Below are positions 20,361 through 30,469 of a DNA stretch of 49,711 nt, piece by piece. Position 1 is the first letter of the stretch; each line of letters begins with the position of its first letter. The position numbers and the translations under genes are program-made. The notes under the pieces are model-generated. The model did not search any database and was not told the DNA's origin. It was given only the letters and a program-made list of their open reading frames with translations. The stretch lies in sequence record SRR22947725_189; one strand, given 5' to 3'.

Positions 20361-21139
20361 CCAACAGTGTTTTTTGCCTCATTCCACAAGGTTTCCCATT
20401 GATGAGATGATAGACTACTGAGTTGTTTTTTTCCTGCATTTGCTTTTTCCTCCATGGCCTCAAAGCGCGCTCTAAACTTTTTGTTGGTTGTTGCCAACGC
20501 ATCATCTGGATTCACACCCAAAAATCGCGCATAATTTACAAGAGAAAAAAAGACGTCTCCTAATTCGGCTTCAATTTGTTTTAAATCAACTTGATCTATT
20601 TCATGGTTTAATTCCAGTAATTCCTCTTGAATTTTTTGCTTAACACCTTCTATAGATTTCCAATCAAATCCGATACCTGCTACTTTATCTTGGATTCTAC
20701 TTGCCATTACAAGGCTAGGCAAGCTTTTTGGTACGCCTGAGAGCACCCCTTTAGCACCTTCTTTCAATTTTAATTGCTCCCAGTTTCTTTTTACATCTTC
20801 CTCATCGGAAACTTGAACATCGCCATAAATATGTGGATGTCGTTCTATGAGTTTATCTGAAATACTATTCGCAACATCTGCAATATCAAAAGCTGCTTTT
20901 TCACTTCCGATTTTGGCATAGAATACTATGTGTAAAAGCACATCACCTAACTCTTTTTTGATCTCCTCTGCATTTCCCTCTAACAGGGCCTCACTTAACT
21001 CGTAAATTTCCTCAATAGTCAAATGGCGTAAGGATTCAAAAGTTTGCTTTTTATCCCAAGGACACCCCGTTCTTAATTCGTCCATAATGGTCAACAAACG
21101 ATCAATTGCCTTAAGCTGATTGGTTCGAGTGCTATTCAT
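20357..21139 (-). CDS. mazG: Nucleoside triphosphate pyrophosphohydrolase MazG
   Basis: LRTGCPWDKKQT, EEIYEL, EELGD, RHPHIY; second domain EELLEL...ELGD. Confidence 0.95.
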   Translation of the reverse strand: MNSTRTNQLKAIDRLLTIMDELRTGCPWDKKQTFESLRHLTIEEIYELSEALLEGNAEEIKKELGDVLLHIVFYAKIGSEKAAFDIADVANSISDKLIERHPHIYGDVQVSDEEDVKRNWEQLKLKEGAKGVLSGVPKSLPSLVMASRIQDKVAGIGFDWKSIEGVKQKIQEELLELNHEIDQVDLKQIEAELGDVFFSLVNYARFLGVNPDDALATTNKKFRARFEAMEEKANAGKKQLSSLSSHQWETLWNEAKNTVG

Positions 21140-21729
21140 TAACGTATATTGTTTTTAGTAGGAAATCGCATCTTGTAATCTGGATTAATTTTACCTCTTG
21201 AAATTTGGGCTAATCGAGTTTTAAGCAACTTCTTTTTAAGTGGCCCAAGTTTATCTATGAATAAAATTCCTTCAATATGATCGTATTCATGTTGTACAAT
21301 GCGAGATGCTAATCCGGATATTTCTTCCTCTACCCGCTCAAATCGTTCGTTATAATAGGCTATTTCAATTGTAGATAATCGATTAACGTCTTCCCTAATA
21401 TCTGGAATACTCAGGCAACCCTCGTTAAACGATTCTTGGGGGCCTGTGTAAGAAAGAATTTCAGCATTAATAAATACTTTTTTAAACGATTTTAGTTCAT
21501 CGCGTTCAATATTATCCAAATCTGTGTCTTGAGCAAAAGGGCTGCCATCTACAATAAAAAGTCGGATAGACTCCCCTATTTGTGGAGCTGCTAAACCAAC
21601 GCCGTGGGCGGCATACATGGTTTCCCACATATTTTCAATGAGCTTTTTTAGGTTCGGATGTTTTGAATTAATTTCAATGGCCTTCTTTTTTAATACGGGA
21701 TCTCCGTAGGCGACTATAGGAAGAATCAT
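21139..21729 (-). CDS. def: Peptide deformylase
   Basis: GVGLAAPQ, EGCLS, QHEYDHIEG. Confidence 0.97.
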   Translation of the reverse strand: MILPIVAYGDPVLKKKAIEINSKHPNLKKLIENMWETMYAAHGVGLAAPQIGESIRLFIVDGSPFAQDTDLDNIERDELKSFKKVFINAEILSYTGPQESFNEGCLSIPDIREDVNRLSTIEIAYYNERFERVEEEISGLASRIVQHEYDHIEGILFIDKLGPLKKKLLKTRLAQISRGKINPDYKMRFPTKNNIR

Positions 21730-22145
21730 ATGTGTTTTTGTTGATCTAAATACCCCTGCAATATAAGGGTTGCGCTTAATTTGTCAATAACCTCTTTTTT
21801 CTGACGTACTTTTTTTGGAGCTCCACTCTCTATAAGTGAACGCATTGCCATCTTGGAAGTAAATCGTTCATCGTATCGAACCAAGGATAATGAAGGTAGC
21901 TCCTGTTTGATTTTAGTTAAAAAGAGTTGAATTTGAGGCTCTACAGCAGAGGGGGTATTATCACGTTGCTTTGGCTCGCCAACTACTAATGTTTCGACCT
22001 TTTCTGTTTTAATGTATTTATGTAAAAAAGAAAGAAGCGAGTCTGGTGAAATCGTATCTAGCCCAAAAGCACAGGTTTGTAGTGGGTCTGTTACAGCCAA
22101 GCCGCATCGTTTTGTTCCATAATCAATTGCCATAATTCGACTCAT
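21726..22145 (-). CDS. ruvX: YqgF/RuvX pre-16S rRNA nuclease
   Basis: RIMAIDYGTKRCGLAVTD, VVGEP, DERFTS, IDKLSATLILQ. Start trimmed to ATG 22145 because the longer ORF overlaps the dapD start. Confidence 0.93.
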   Translation of the reverse strand: MSRIMAIDYGTKRCGLAVTDPLQTCAFGLDTISPDSLLSFLHKYIKTEKVETLVVGEPKQRDNTPSAVEPQIQLFLTKIKQELPSLSLVRYDERFTSKMAMRSLIESGAPKKVRQKKEVIDKLSATLILQGYLDQQKHI

Positions 22146-22149
22146 TATG

Positions 22150-22157
22150 CAAAGGTA
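22150..22157 (-). promoter_or_regulatory. -7 element (TACCTTTG) for ruvX-def-mazG
   Basis: Exact TAnnTTTG match, 4 nt upstream of ATG 22145. Confidence 0.7.
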
Positions 22158-22203
22158 ACGATGAATTTTTGGAAATCCTTGAAACGATTTGCTATCAAGC
22201 ATG

Positions 22204-22211
22204 TATCTTTG
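22204..22211 (+). promoter_or_regulatory. -7 element (TATCTTTG) for dapD
   Basis: Exact match, followed by an A-rich 13-nt spacer to the ATG. Confidence 0.65.
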
Positions 22212-22224
22212 AAAAAAAAATAAT

Positions 22225-23034
22225 ATGAGCAGAGAAATCATTGAGGCCGCTTGGGACAACCGAGAACTTCTACAACAAGAATCAACTCAAAATGCTATTC
22301 GTTCAATTATCGAACAATTGGATGAAGGAAGTCTTCGCGTAGCAACTCCTACCGCCAATGGCTGGGAGGTAAATGAATGGGTAAAAAAAGCAGTAGTACT
22401 CTACTTTCCTATTCAGAAAATGGAAACCATTGAAGTAGGTCCATTTGAATTTCACGATAAAATACCGCTTAAAACAGGATATAAAGAAAAAGGAATCCGC
22501 GTAGTCCCTCATGCGGTTGCACGTAAAGGAGCTTATATATCTGCTGGAACAATCTTAATGCCGTCTTATGTAAACATTGGGGCTTATGTGGATGAAGGTA
22601 CTATGGTTGATACTTGGGCAACAGTAGGGAGTTGTGCGCAAATTGGAAAAAATGTACACCTAAGTGGTGGTGTCGGTATTGGTGGTGTCCTTGAACCCCT
22701 ACAAGCTGCACCAGTAATTATTGAAGATAATGCCTTTATTGGCTCGCGCTGTATCGTTGTTGAAGGGGTACGCGTAGAAAAAGAAGCCGTGCTTGGCGCA
22801 AACGTTGTACTAACAGCCTCTACAAAAATCATTGATGTTACTGGGCCAGAACCTGTAGAACGTAAAGGAGTTGTTCCTGCTCGCTCGGTAGTAATTCCTG
22901 GAAGTTATACCAAAACCTTTGCTGCTGGAGACTATCAAGTTCCTTGTGCATTAATAATTGGGCAACGAAAAGAGAGCACCAACAAAAAAACGTCCCTTAA
23001 CGAGGCGTTGAGAGAACATAATGTAGCGGTTTAA
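22225..23034 (+). CDS. dapD: Tetrahydrodipicolinate N-succinyltransferase
   Basis: WVKKAVVLYF, MPSYVNIGAYVD, DTWATVGSCAQIG, HLSGGVGIGGVLEP. Confidence 0.97.
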   Translation: MSREIIEAAWDNRELLQQESTQNAIRSIIEQLDEGSLRVATPTANGWEVNEWVKKAVVLYFPIQKMETIEVGPFEFHDKIPLKTGYKEKGIRVVPHAVARKGAYISAGTILMPSYVNIGAYVDEGTMVDTWATVGSCAQIGKNVHLSGGVGIGGVLEPLQAAPVIIEDNAFIGSRCIVVEGVRVEKEAVLGANVVLTASTKIIDVTGPEPVERKGVVPARSVVIPGSYTKTFAAGDYQVPCALIIGQRKESTNKKTSLNEALREHNVAV

Positions 23035-23040
23035 ACTTCT

Positions 23041-23817
23041 ATGATTAGCGTCATCATTTCACATTACAATAACGTTGCAAATCTTGCATTAATTCTTGAT
23101 GCGCTTGACAAACAAAGTGTCGATGGATTTGAGGTAATTGTCTCTGAAGATGGTCAAGACGATGCTACAAAGCAATTCCTGGCTTCATCCGCATATTCTT
23201 TTTCTTGGTACCACACCACACAAAAGGATAACGGATTTAGAAAAAATAAAATCCTGAACAAATCTATACAGAAAGCTAAAGGTATATTTTTAGTGTTTAT
23301 AGACGGAGATTGCATTCCGCACAAGCATTTTGTAAAGGCCTATCAGAAAATACAAAACAGCAATAAAATTTGCTATGGGCGCAGGGTTATGCTTTCAGAA
23401 AGCATGACAAAAAAATTACAAAAACAGCGTGAGTTCAGTGATATCTCTTTCTTGGGTTTGGTATTGAGTGGCGCCACAAAAATAAAAGACGGTATTTATA
23501 GTCCTTCTTTACCATTAACCACCAAAGAACGTGGTTTAAAAGGATGCAATTGGGGAATTAAAAAGGAGTTTCTATTAAAAATTAATGGCTTTGACGAAGT
23601 CTATGTACAGGCAACCGTTGGTGAAGATGATGATCTTGAATGGCGACTTAAAGGCATTGGGCTCGAAAAGCAATCCATGAAAAACAATGCCATAGTGTAT
23701 CATTTACATCACAAAAGAACATACCACCAAGAAGGAACAATCATCAATCAACAATTGATGCAAGAGCGTATTGCGCAAAACAAATTTGTTTGCGACGACG
23801 GAATAATTAAGGCATAA
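23041..23817 (+). CDS. Glycosyltransferase family 2 (galactosyltransferase-C-like tail)
   Basis: ISVIISHYN, VSEDG, FIDGD (DXD), GCNW, INGFDE, EDDDL. Confidence 0.88.
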   Translation: MISVIISHYNNVANLALILDALDKQSVDGFEVIVSEDGQDDATKQFLASSAYSFSWYHTTQKDNGFRKNKILNKSIQKAKGIFLVFIDGDCIPHKHFVKAYQKIQNSNKICYGRRVMLSESMTKKLQKQREFSDISFLGLVLSGATKIKDGIYSPSLPLTTKERGLKGCNWGIKKEFLLKINGFDEVYVQATVGEDDDLEWRLKGIGLEKQSMKNNAIVYHLHHKRTYHQEGTIINQQLMQERIAQNKFVCDDGIIKA

Positions 23818-23834
23818 CAAAAAGCGTGAAACTC

Positions 23835-24536
23835 TTATTTCAGAAACGCTATAAATCGTTTGTAAGTCCTTTGCGTTCTAAACGAAATTACTTTTAAAAA
23901 GCCAAACCTAACTTTTCCAATTAGACTTTTAATTGAACCCTCGAGCGAGCCTTGAACTGCTAATGTGGGTTGTGCCCAAAACATGTGAATTATATTTTTA
24001 TCAACGCATTGGTTATGAAACCAATCAATTGGGACATTCATTTTTTCTTTTTCAAGATGTGCTAAAATGCGTTTTGCACCCTCATAATCAATTAAATACG
24101 CACCCGTCATTCTACCACTTTGTTCGGTATATAAATACAAACCTTCTTTTCGTTTACTTCTAGGGATATATTTTAGTCGAGAATCTTCTAGCGAAACCAT
24201 AAATGAACTTAGGTCTCTGTGCTTAATTTCTGAAGCAATATTATTCAGCAAATGACTGTTAGAATAAAAGCGGATATCATCCTCAAGAATATGTGCAAGT
24301 TGATGCTTCTCCTCCACAATTTTTTGGTAAGCTAATATGTGCTTAAACGAACAAGATGTTGATGGCTGTGCCTGACGCATTTTTCCTGCAAAAAATATAT
24401 TAATCCTTGACTCGTCTAAAGTATGTATATCACCATCGAGAATAAAAGTAGTGTCAAAATTTTTCCCTTCCAGTTCATTTTCAATTGCAGCTCTACGTTC
24501 TACTGCCGTACTCACATGAATTACATATGTTTTCAT
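23835..24536 (-). CDS. Glycosyltransferase family 25 (LPS/LOS)
   Basis: TYVIH...ERR, SCSFKH, ILEDD, GAYLI, PIDW motifs typical of GT25. Confidence 0.85.
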   Translation of the reverse strand: MKTYVIHVSTAVERRAAIENELEGKNFDTTFILDGDIHTLDESRINIFFAGKMRQAQPSTSCSFKHILAYQKIVEEKHQLAHILEDDIRFYSNSHLLNNIASEIKHRDLSSFMVSLEDSRLKYIPRSKRKEGLYLYTEQSGRMTGAYLIDYEGAKRILAHLEKEKMNVPIDWFHNQCVDKNIIHMFWAQPTLAVQGSLEGSIKSLIGKVRFGFLKVISFRTQRTYKRFIAFLK

Positions 24537-24548
24537 AGCGAAATTATT

Positions 24549-25496
24549 CTATAATAGAAGGATGTAATTTTTACTTCCACCCAATACCTTACCTCCAAAA
24601 AACACACGCTCAAACCAGATAATTAATCGATACTTCCATTTTTCATGTTTTGCCTCGGGTCTACCAATAACGTTTGGACCTGAAAAACGTAGCATCTCTT
24701 TCCAATGAAGGGTTTTTATTTTATTGTACATGACTTTTGGATGGGTTCCCTTGAATTTCATACAATAATCCATACGGCCATAATCGTACCCTTCGGCGTA
24801 TTTTTTGTATTCTTTTTGTGCTGCTGCATCTCCTCTATAGGCTTTGGCGAAATACTTGCGCTTTTGACGCATTAATTTCGGAGGGCGCACCCACCCATAA
24901 TGGTACATATTTGCGTTTAGTTTAACCACATTTAGTTTTGATGTACCTTCTTTTTGTCTGTAACTAACACCATCAAAATCAGGAATTCGTCGAAAAGATT
25001 GCGCATCGGCAAAAGAATGAATTTCAGTGTCGTTTCTAACAATGCGTATTTCGTGTGGATACCAACAATGATCACGAAAATAATGCTCATAGTCGCCATA
25101 AAAATGAAAATAATTAAATAAAAAACCGTCAACAGCAGTGTTGTTTAAGTACTGTTTACATTTAGCTGTAATTTCATGGTAATCTTCCTGATGAATAAGT
25201 TCATCACCTTGAACATAAAGCAACCAATCTCCAGTACAAGCAGCTTTGGCTATATCGGTTTGATGGGCATACTCAGTTCCATTGGTAAAGGTTTCTAAGT
25301 CCCATTCGGTATGAATGATTTTAATTTTAGGTGATTTTAACCCGAGTAGTTTTTCTTCGGTATTGTCGTCATCGTCTCCTTTGCCAAGGGCAATAACAAA
25401 TTCATCTACAATAGGCAATGCAGATTGAATAGACTCAAGAATGGGGTAGTACAGTTTGGAGGTATTACGCAAAAAAGTAAAGCCGCTAATTTTCAT
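24549..25496 (-). CDS. Glycosyltransferase family 2 (GT-A fold, LPS core type)
   Basis: MKISGFTFLRN, DEFVI, DWLLYVQGDE, YHYGWVR. Confidence 0.8.
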   Translation of the reverse strand: MKISGFTFLRNTSKLYYPILESIQSALPIVDEFVIALGKGDDDDNTEEKLLGLKSPKIKIIHTEWDLETFTNGTEYAHQTDIAKAACTGDWLLYVQGDELIHQEDYHEITAKCKQYLNNTAVDGFLFNYFHFYGDYEHYFRDHCWYPHEIRIVRNDTEIHSFADAQSFRRIPDFDGVSYRQKEGTSKLNVVKLNANMYHYGWVRPPKLMRQKRKYFAKAYRGDAAAQKEYKKYAEGYDYGRMDYCMKFKGTHPKVMYNKIKTLHWKEMLRFSGPNVIGRPEAKHEKWKYRLIIWFERVFFGGKVLGGSKNYILLL

Positions 25497-25501
25497 TGAT
25501 T

Positions 25502-25509
25502 CAAAGGTA
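25502..25509 (-). promoter_or_regulatory. -7 element (TACCTTTG) for the GT2-GT25 unit
   Basis: Exact match, 5 nt upstream of ATG 25496. Confidence 0.65.
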
Positions 25510-25539
25510 GCATTTTTACTTCCATAAACGAAAATAGAG

Positions 25540-25547
25540 TAGTTTTG
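25540..25547 (+). promoter_or_regulatory. -7 element (TAGTTTTG) for the GT4 operon
   Basis: Exact match, 4 nt upstream of ATG 25552; divergent from the 25502 element. Confidence 0.65.
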
Positions 25548-25551
25548 CTAT

Positions 25552-26658
25552 ATGCGTATAGGATATGATGCAAAACGGGTTTTTCACAACGCTAGTGGCC
25601 TAGGAAATTACAGCCGTGATCTTATTCGTATTCTTGGAACCCATATTAATAAAAATGATTATTTTCTCTATAATCCCAAACCCGCATCGCTTAACAAATG
25701 GAAACCGCTAAGCAATACTATTGAAAAGCTTCCTAAGGGAATCTGGAAATGGCTGCATGTCTTTTGGCGACAGGGACCCATTCGACATCAATTAAAAAGA
25801 GATAAAATCCAACTTTTTCATGGTTTGAGTGGAGAGCTTCCAAAAAAACTTGATATACCTTCAATTGTAACCGTTCACGACCTAATCTTTTTACGCTATC
25901 CAAAACTTTATAAAAAAATTGATGTAAGCATTCATAAACGCAAGGTAAACCATGCTGTACGTAGCGCAAATAAAGTAGTAGCTATTAGCGAACAAACAAA
26001 AGCAGACATTATAACCTATACTGGAATTGAAAACAATAAGGTTGAAGTTATTTACCAAGGATGCCATCCAGCTTTCAAAAAGACATTGTTAGATTCGGAA
26101 AAAAAAGCTCTTAAAAAAAAATATAATCTGCCTGAAAAATTTGTGCTGTATGTGGGTACGTTAGAAGAGAGAAAAAATGCTTTATTGATTGCAAAATCAT
26201 TACTCAACACGAAACATGCCATTGTATTTGTAGGGCGTGTAAAAGCGTATGGTGAAAAGGTGAAATCTTTTGTAGAGGAAAATGGAATGGCCAATCGAGT
26301 TTGTTTTATTGATACTATTGATGTGAAAGACTTAGCTGGGATTTACCAAAATGCAACTGTATTTTGTTATCCATCTTTTTTTGAAGGATTTGGCATTCCC
26401 ATTATAGAAGCACTATATAGTGGAGTTCCAGTTATTACGACAAAGGGAGGGTGTTTTTCTGAAGCAGGAGGATCATCTAGTTTATACATTAATCCTAATA
26501 ATGAGGATGAACTGCGAGATGCAGTTGAACAGTTATCTAATGAGTCCTCAAAAGATCGAAAAAAGCGCATCGAACAAGGACTAGAATATGTTCAGAAGTT
26601 TAATGACGAGGTACTTACTGAACAATGGAATAACCTCTATGAAGCCGTTTTATCATGA
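25552..26658 (+). CDS. Glycosyltransferase family 4 (GT-B)
   Basis: RIGYDAKR, TVHDL, YVGTLEERKN, EGFGIPIIEA. Confidence 0.92.
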   Translation: MRIGYDAKRVFHNASGLGNYSRDLIRILGTHINKNDYFLYNPKPASLNKWKPLSNTIEKLPKGIWKWLHVFWRQGPIRHQLKRDKIQLFHGLSGELPKKLDIPSIVTVHDLIFLRYPKLYKKIDVSIHKRKVNHAVRSANKVVAISEQTKADIITYTGIENNKVEVIYQGCHPAFKKTLLDSEKKALKKKYNLPEKFVLYVGTLEERKNALLIAKSLLNTKHAIVFVGRVKAYGEKVKSFVEENGMANRVCFIDTIDVKDLAGIYQNATVFCYPSFFEGFGIPIIEALYSGVPVITTKGGCFSEAGGSSSLYINPNNEDELRDAVEQLSNESSKDRKKRIEQGLEYVQKFNDEVLTEQWNNLYEAVLS

Positions 26659-28496
26659 ATGAAACTATTTGCTTTTTTAATACTGCCATTCCATGGGGTG
26701 GCGGAGAAAAATGGCATTTTGAAATAGCCAAGCACCTACACACAAATGGGTGTAATGTGGTGGTCTTTTGCCATAAAAAAAGTGCTCTTTACAAAAAAGT
26801 TGTTTCGGAAAATATACCCCACGAAGCAATTTCAAATAGTAATCGAAGCTTCTTAAATCCATTTAAACTTCTATCAGTAAAAAAATGTCTTGAAAAACAC
26901 AAGGTCAATACTCTAGTGCTTAATCTTTCACAAGACCTCAAAACAGGAGGGTTTGCAGGTAAACTCGCTGGAGTACGACGAATTATTTACCGTAGAGGCA
27001 GTGCTATTCCTGTACGTAATAGCACACTAAACAGGTTCCTTTATAAAAATGTATTACATGAAATCTTAGTAAACTCAATTGCAACAAGAGACTGCATCCT
27101 AATAAATAACAAAACGCTTTTTCCAAAAGACCATATCCATATAATCCGAAACGGCATAGAAAGTGATGCCTTTTTAAAAATCAACTTTAACTCGTATTAC
27201 AAACGAAAAAATGATACGCTTGTATTAACCAATCTAGGGCGTTTAGAAGAACAAAAAAATCAACTTTTCCTAATAGATGTGGCCGTAGAACTTCGTGAAC
27301 GCAAGATGGATTTCCATATGATTATTGGAGGAAGCGGTAGGCTAGAAGAAATCATAAAAAATAAAATTAGCGCACATCATTTAGAGGACTTTGTGCAGTT
27401 AGTAGGCTTTGTGAAAAATCCGAAAGATCTTTATATGAGTGGAGATGTGTTTTTACTACCATCGTTATGGGAGGGCTTTGGATACGTAATCGCAGAGGCA
27501 GGACTCTGTGAAAAACCAACAGTCGCTTTCGATATCAGCTCAAATCCAGAAGTTATTGAACACAACGAAACTGGTATTCTGGTAAAATACAATGATCTTA
27601 CAGCATTTTGTGACGCAATTATTTCATTTGATAAAAATCGCGAGTTAATCACCAATATGGGAACTGCTGCGCAAAAGAATGTGTTGAATAAGTTTGATAA
27701 AAAAACTATTAATACTGTTGTAGAATCCTATCTAACAAATAAAGAACAACCAAAAATAACGGCGCTTGTAACGACCTATAATGAAGAAAAAAATATTGAA
27801 CGTTGTCTAAATAGTATAAAATGGGCGGATGAAATTTTGGTGGTTGATTCATTTAGCTCCGACAAAACTGTAGAAATTTGCAAGCAATTTGGCGCTAAAG
27901 TCATACAACGAGAATATGATTATGCTGCAAGCCAAAAAAATTGGGCAATCCCAAAAGCTACGCATCAATGGATATTTTTACTTGACGCAGACGAAGAAGT
28001 AGATGTAATTATAGAAAAAGAATTAAGAGAAATTCTACAAAACAGACTAAAACACACTGCTTTTTGGCTTAAACGAAAAAATTATTTCCTTAAACAACAT
28101 ATTCGTTTTTGTGGCTGGCAAAACGACCGTGTAGTACGCTTTTTTCATCGTGATCATCATAGATACGAAAACAAATTAGTGCATGAAGAAATAGAACAAA
28201 ATTCAAAAATTGGAATAATTAACGCTAAAATATTACACTTCACAGCAGAAAATCTTAATAATTACAATAAAAAAATTGAACGTTATGCTGGCTATGCTGC
28301 CCAAGAACTCATTAAAAAAAATATAAAAATTGGCTGGGTTGCGCTTTACATAAAACCTGCATATAAATTCTTACACAATTACATAATACGTGGTGGAATA
28401 TTAGACGGCAAGAATGGTTGGATAATATGTTTACTGCGTGCAAAAGAAGTTTGGTTAAGAGCTCACATAGCACAAAAGCACATTAATGATAATTAA
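26655..28496 (+). CDS. Fused GT4 (N-terminal) + GT2 (C-terminal, WaaE/KdtX-like) glycosyltransferase
   Basis: N-half: GGGE, GRLEEQKN, EGFGYVIAEA. C-half: TYNEEKNI, VDSFSSDKT, LDADE, VHE. Confidence 0.88.
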   Translation: MNETICFFNTAIPWGGGEKWHFEIAKHLHTNGCNVVVFCHKKSALYKKVVSENIPHEAISNSNRSFLNPFKLLSVKKCLEKHKVNTLVLNLSQDLKTGGFAGKLAGVRRIIYRRGSAIPVRNSTLNRFLYKNVLHEILVNSIATRDCILINNKTLFPKDHIHIIRNGIESDAFLKINFNSYYKRKNDTLVLTNLGRLEEQKNQLFLIDVAVELRERKMDFHMIIGGSGRLEEIIKNKISAHHLEDFVQLVGFVKNPKDLYMSGDVFLLPSLWEGFGYVIAEAGLCEKPTVAFDISSNPEVIEHNETGILVKYNDLTAFCDAIISFDKNRELITNMGTAAQKNVLNKFDKKTINTVVESYLTNKEQPKITALVTTYNEEKNIERCLNSIKWADEILVVDSFSSDKTVEICKQFGAKVIQREYDYAASQKNWAIPKATHQWIFLLDADEEVDVIIEKELREILQNRLKHTAFWLKRKNYFLKQHIRFCGWQNDRVVRFFHRDHHRYENKLVHEEIEQNSKIGIINAKILHFTAENLNNYNKKIERYAGYAAQELIKKNIKIGWVALYIKPAYKFLHNYIIRGGILDGKNGWIICLLRAKEVWLRAHIAQKHINDN

Positions 28497-29040
28497 TTTT
28501 AAAAAATCTTTGAATGCATTAAGTATTGGAAAAACGCTTTTATATCCAACAGATACCATTTGGGGCTTGGGCTGTGATGCAACCAATCAAGAAGCTGTAG
28601 ACGCTATTTTCAAAATCAAAAATAGACCTAAAAAAAAACCTCTTATTGCGCTTGTCGCCGATGTGGATATGCTATCTAAGTATGTGACAAAACTTCCAAA
28701 AAACATTGAAAGCCTCTTAGACACTAACGTACCTACTACGCTAATCTATCCACAAGGAAAAGACCTAGCCAAAGGAGTGTTAAGTGAAAATGGAAGTGTT
28801 GCTATTCGTATTCCAACAGCAGGTTTTGCTTTAGATTTGGTCAAATCCTTTGGTAAACCCATTGTAAGTACCTCTGCAAATATTAGCGAAAAACCAATTC
28901 CCGCTTCATACAAGGAAATAGATCCATATATTTTGGCGCATGTCGATGAAATAGTACCTTTGGAAAAAGAAAAAATTGCAACTACGCCATCGCAAGTTTT
29001 GCAAATATTGCAAGATGGCACAGTAGTTAAATTACGATGA
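28486..29040 (+). CDS. tsaC: L-threonylcarbamoyladenylate synthase (YrdC/Sua5)
   Basis: YPTDTIWGLGC, KNRP, VAIRIP, STSAN. Confidence 0.93.
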   Translation: MIINFKKSLNALSIGKTLLYPTDTIWGLGCDATNQEAVDAIFKIKNRPKKKPLIALVADVDMLSKYVTKLPKNIESLLDTNVPTTLIYPQGKDLAKGVLSENGSVAIRIPTAGFALDLVKSFGKPIVSTSANISEKPIPASYKEIDPYILAHVDEIVPLEKEKIATTPSQVLQILQDGTVVKLR

Positions 29041-30467
29041 AAATCTCCAGTACTAATATCGATCATGCACTTAAGTTACCCGTGTTTAGCTTTATCCAAA
29101 AGGCAGCAGATGAATTGGCATTGGACACATATGTGATCGGTGGGTTTGTACGCGATACTTTTTTAAATCGCCCCAGAGGAACCGACATTGATGTTGTTAC
29201 TGTAGGGAGTGGTATTGCCCTAGCAAAAAAAGTAGCTGAGCTACTTCCTGGCAAAAATCAAATCCAAATATTTAAAACCTATGGAACCGCCATGATTAAA
29301 TTTGGAGATATACAACTCGAATTTGTCGGAGCTCGAAAAGAAAGTTATTCAACGGATAGTAGGAATCCGGTTGTTGAAAACGGCACCCTTGAGGAAGATC
29401 AAAACCGTCGTGACTTTACCATAAATGCACTTGCGCTCAGCCTAAACAAGAACACATTCGGTAATCTCTTAGATCCTTTCAACGGAGTTGAAGATCTAAG
29501 CAATGGCACATTGCGCACCCCTTTAGACCCTGATATTACTTACAGTGACGACCCCCTACGCATGCTACGAGCCATACGATTTGCTACCCAGCTTGGATTT
29601 ACCATCGAAAAAAAATCTTTTTCGTCCATTATACAAAATAGCAAGAGAGTCGACATTTTATCCAAAGAAAGAATAGTTGAAGAACTTCATAAAATAATTG
29701 CGCATTCAAAGCCTTCTATTGGGTTACTTCTTCTAGATGATGCTGATTTGCTACATCGTATTTTACCAGAAATAACAGCATTAAAAGGAATTGAAGAAGT
29801 TGAAGGTCAAAGCCATAAAGATAATTTTTACCACACTTTTGAGGTAGTAGACAACATCTGCGCCTACTCTGAAAATCTGTGGCTTCGTTGGGCGGCATTG
29901 CTACACGATATCGGCAAAGCACCCACTAAAAAATTTGACACAAAAGTAGGCTGGACCTTTCATGCACATGAATTTGTAGGTGCCAAGATGGTGTATAAAT
30001 TATTTAAACGGATGCGGATGCCACTAAATGAAAAGATGAAGTATGTTCAAAAATTGGTATTCATGAGCTCTAGGCCTATCGTGATTGCAGAAGACCATGT
30101 GACTGACGCTGCTGTGCGTAGACTTGTTTTTGACGCTGGAGACCTTCTTTATGATCTGCTAACCCTTTGTAAGGCCGATATCACAACCAAGAATCCTAAA
30201 CGTTTTGCGCGATATCACAACAACTTTGAAGTTGTTAAAGAAAAAATTGAAGAAGTTGAGGCGCGTGATCATGTACGAAACTTTCAACCGCCGGTTTCTG
30301 GTGAAGAAATCATGCGTATTTTTACACTTAAACCCTGTAAAGAAGTAGGCCAAATAAAGGAAGCTATTAAGGAAGCTATTTTGGATGGGACAATCCCTAA
30401 TGAATATAAGGCCGCATATGATTTTATGATAACCAAAGCAAAGTCAATGGGACTCACTGAACAATAA
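29037..30467 (+). CDS. cca: CCA tRNA nucleotidyltransferase with HD domain
   Basis: IGGFVRD, DID, RRDFTINA, DDPLRMLR, LHDIGK. Confidence 0.93.
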   Translation: MKISSTNIDHALKLPVFSFIQKAADELALDTYVIGGFVRDTFLNRPRGTDIDVVTVGSGIALAKKVAELLPGKNQIQIFKTYGTAMIKFGDIQLEFVGARKESYSTDSRNPVVENGTLEEDQNRRDFTINALALSLNKNTFGNLLDPFNGVEDLSNGTLRTPLDPDITYSDDPLRMLRAIRFATQLGFTIEKKSFSSIIQNSKRVDILSKERIVEELHKIIAHSKPSIGLLLLDDADLLHRILPEITALKGIEEVEGQSHKDNFYHTFEVVDNICAYSENLWLRWAALLHDIGKAPTKKFDTKVGWTFHAHEFVGAKMVYKLFKRMRMPLNEKMKYVQKLVFMSSRPIVIAEDHVTDAAVRRLVFDAGDLLYDLLTLCKADITTKNPKRFARYHNNFEVVKEKIEEVEARDHVRNFQPPVSGEEIMRIFTLKPCKEVGQIKEAIKEAILDGTIPNEYKAAYDFMITKAKSMGLTEQ

Positions 30468-30469
30468 GA

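Noticed and set aside
20357..21139. mazG as an anti-phage or toxin-antitoxin component
   Set aside because: It is the two-domain housekeeping type in an operon with ruvX and def; no mazEF or defence genes are nearby.
22146..22259. N-terminal extension of ruvX in the ORF track
   Set aside because: It overlaps the dapD start and both promoters; family homology begins at MSRIMAID (22145).
26099..26121. A8 and A9 homopolymers in the GT4 gene as phase-variation tracts
   Set aside because: Equal-length tracts occur in tsaC (28630-28638), the kinase-like gene (33017-33025) and the dapD leader. They are expected in an AT-rich, Lys-rich genome, and all frames are intact.
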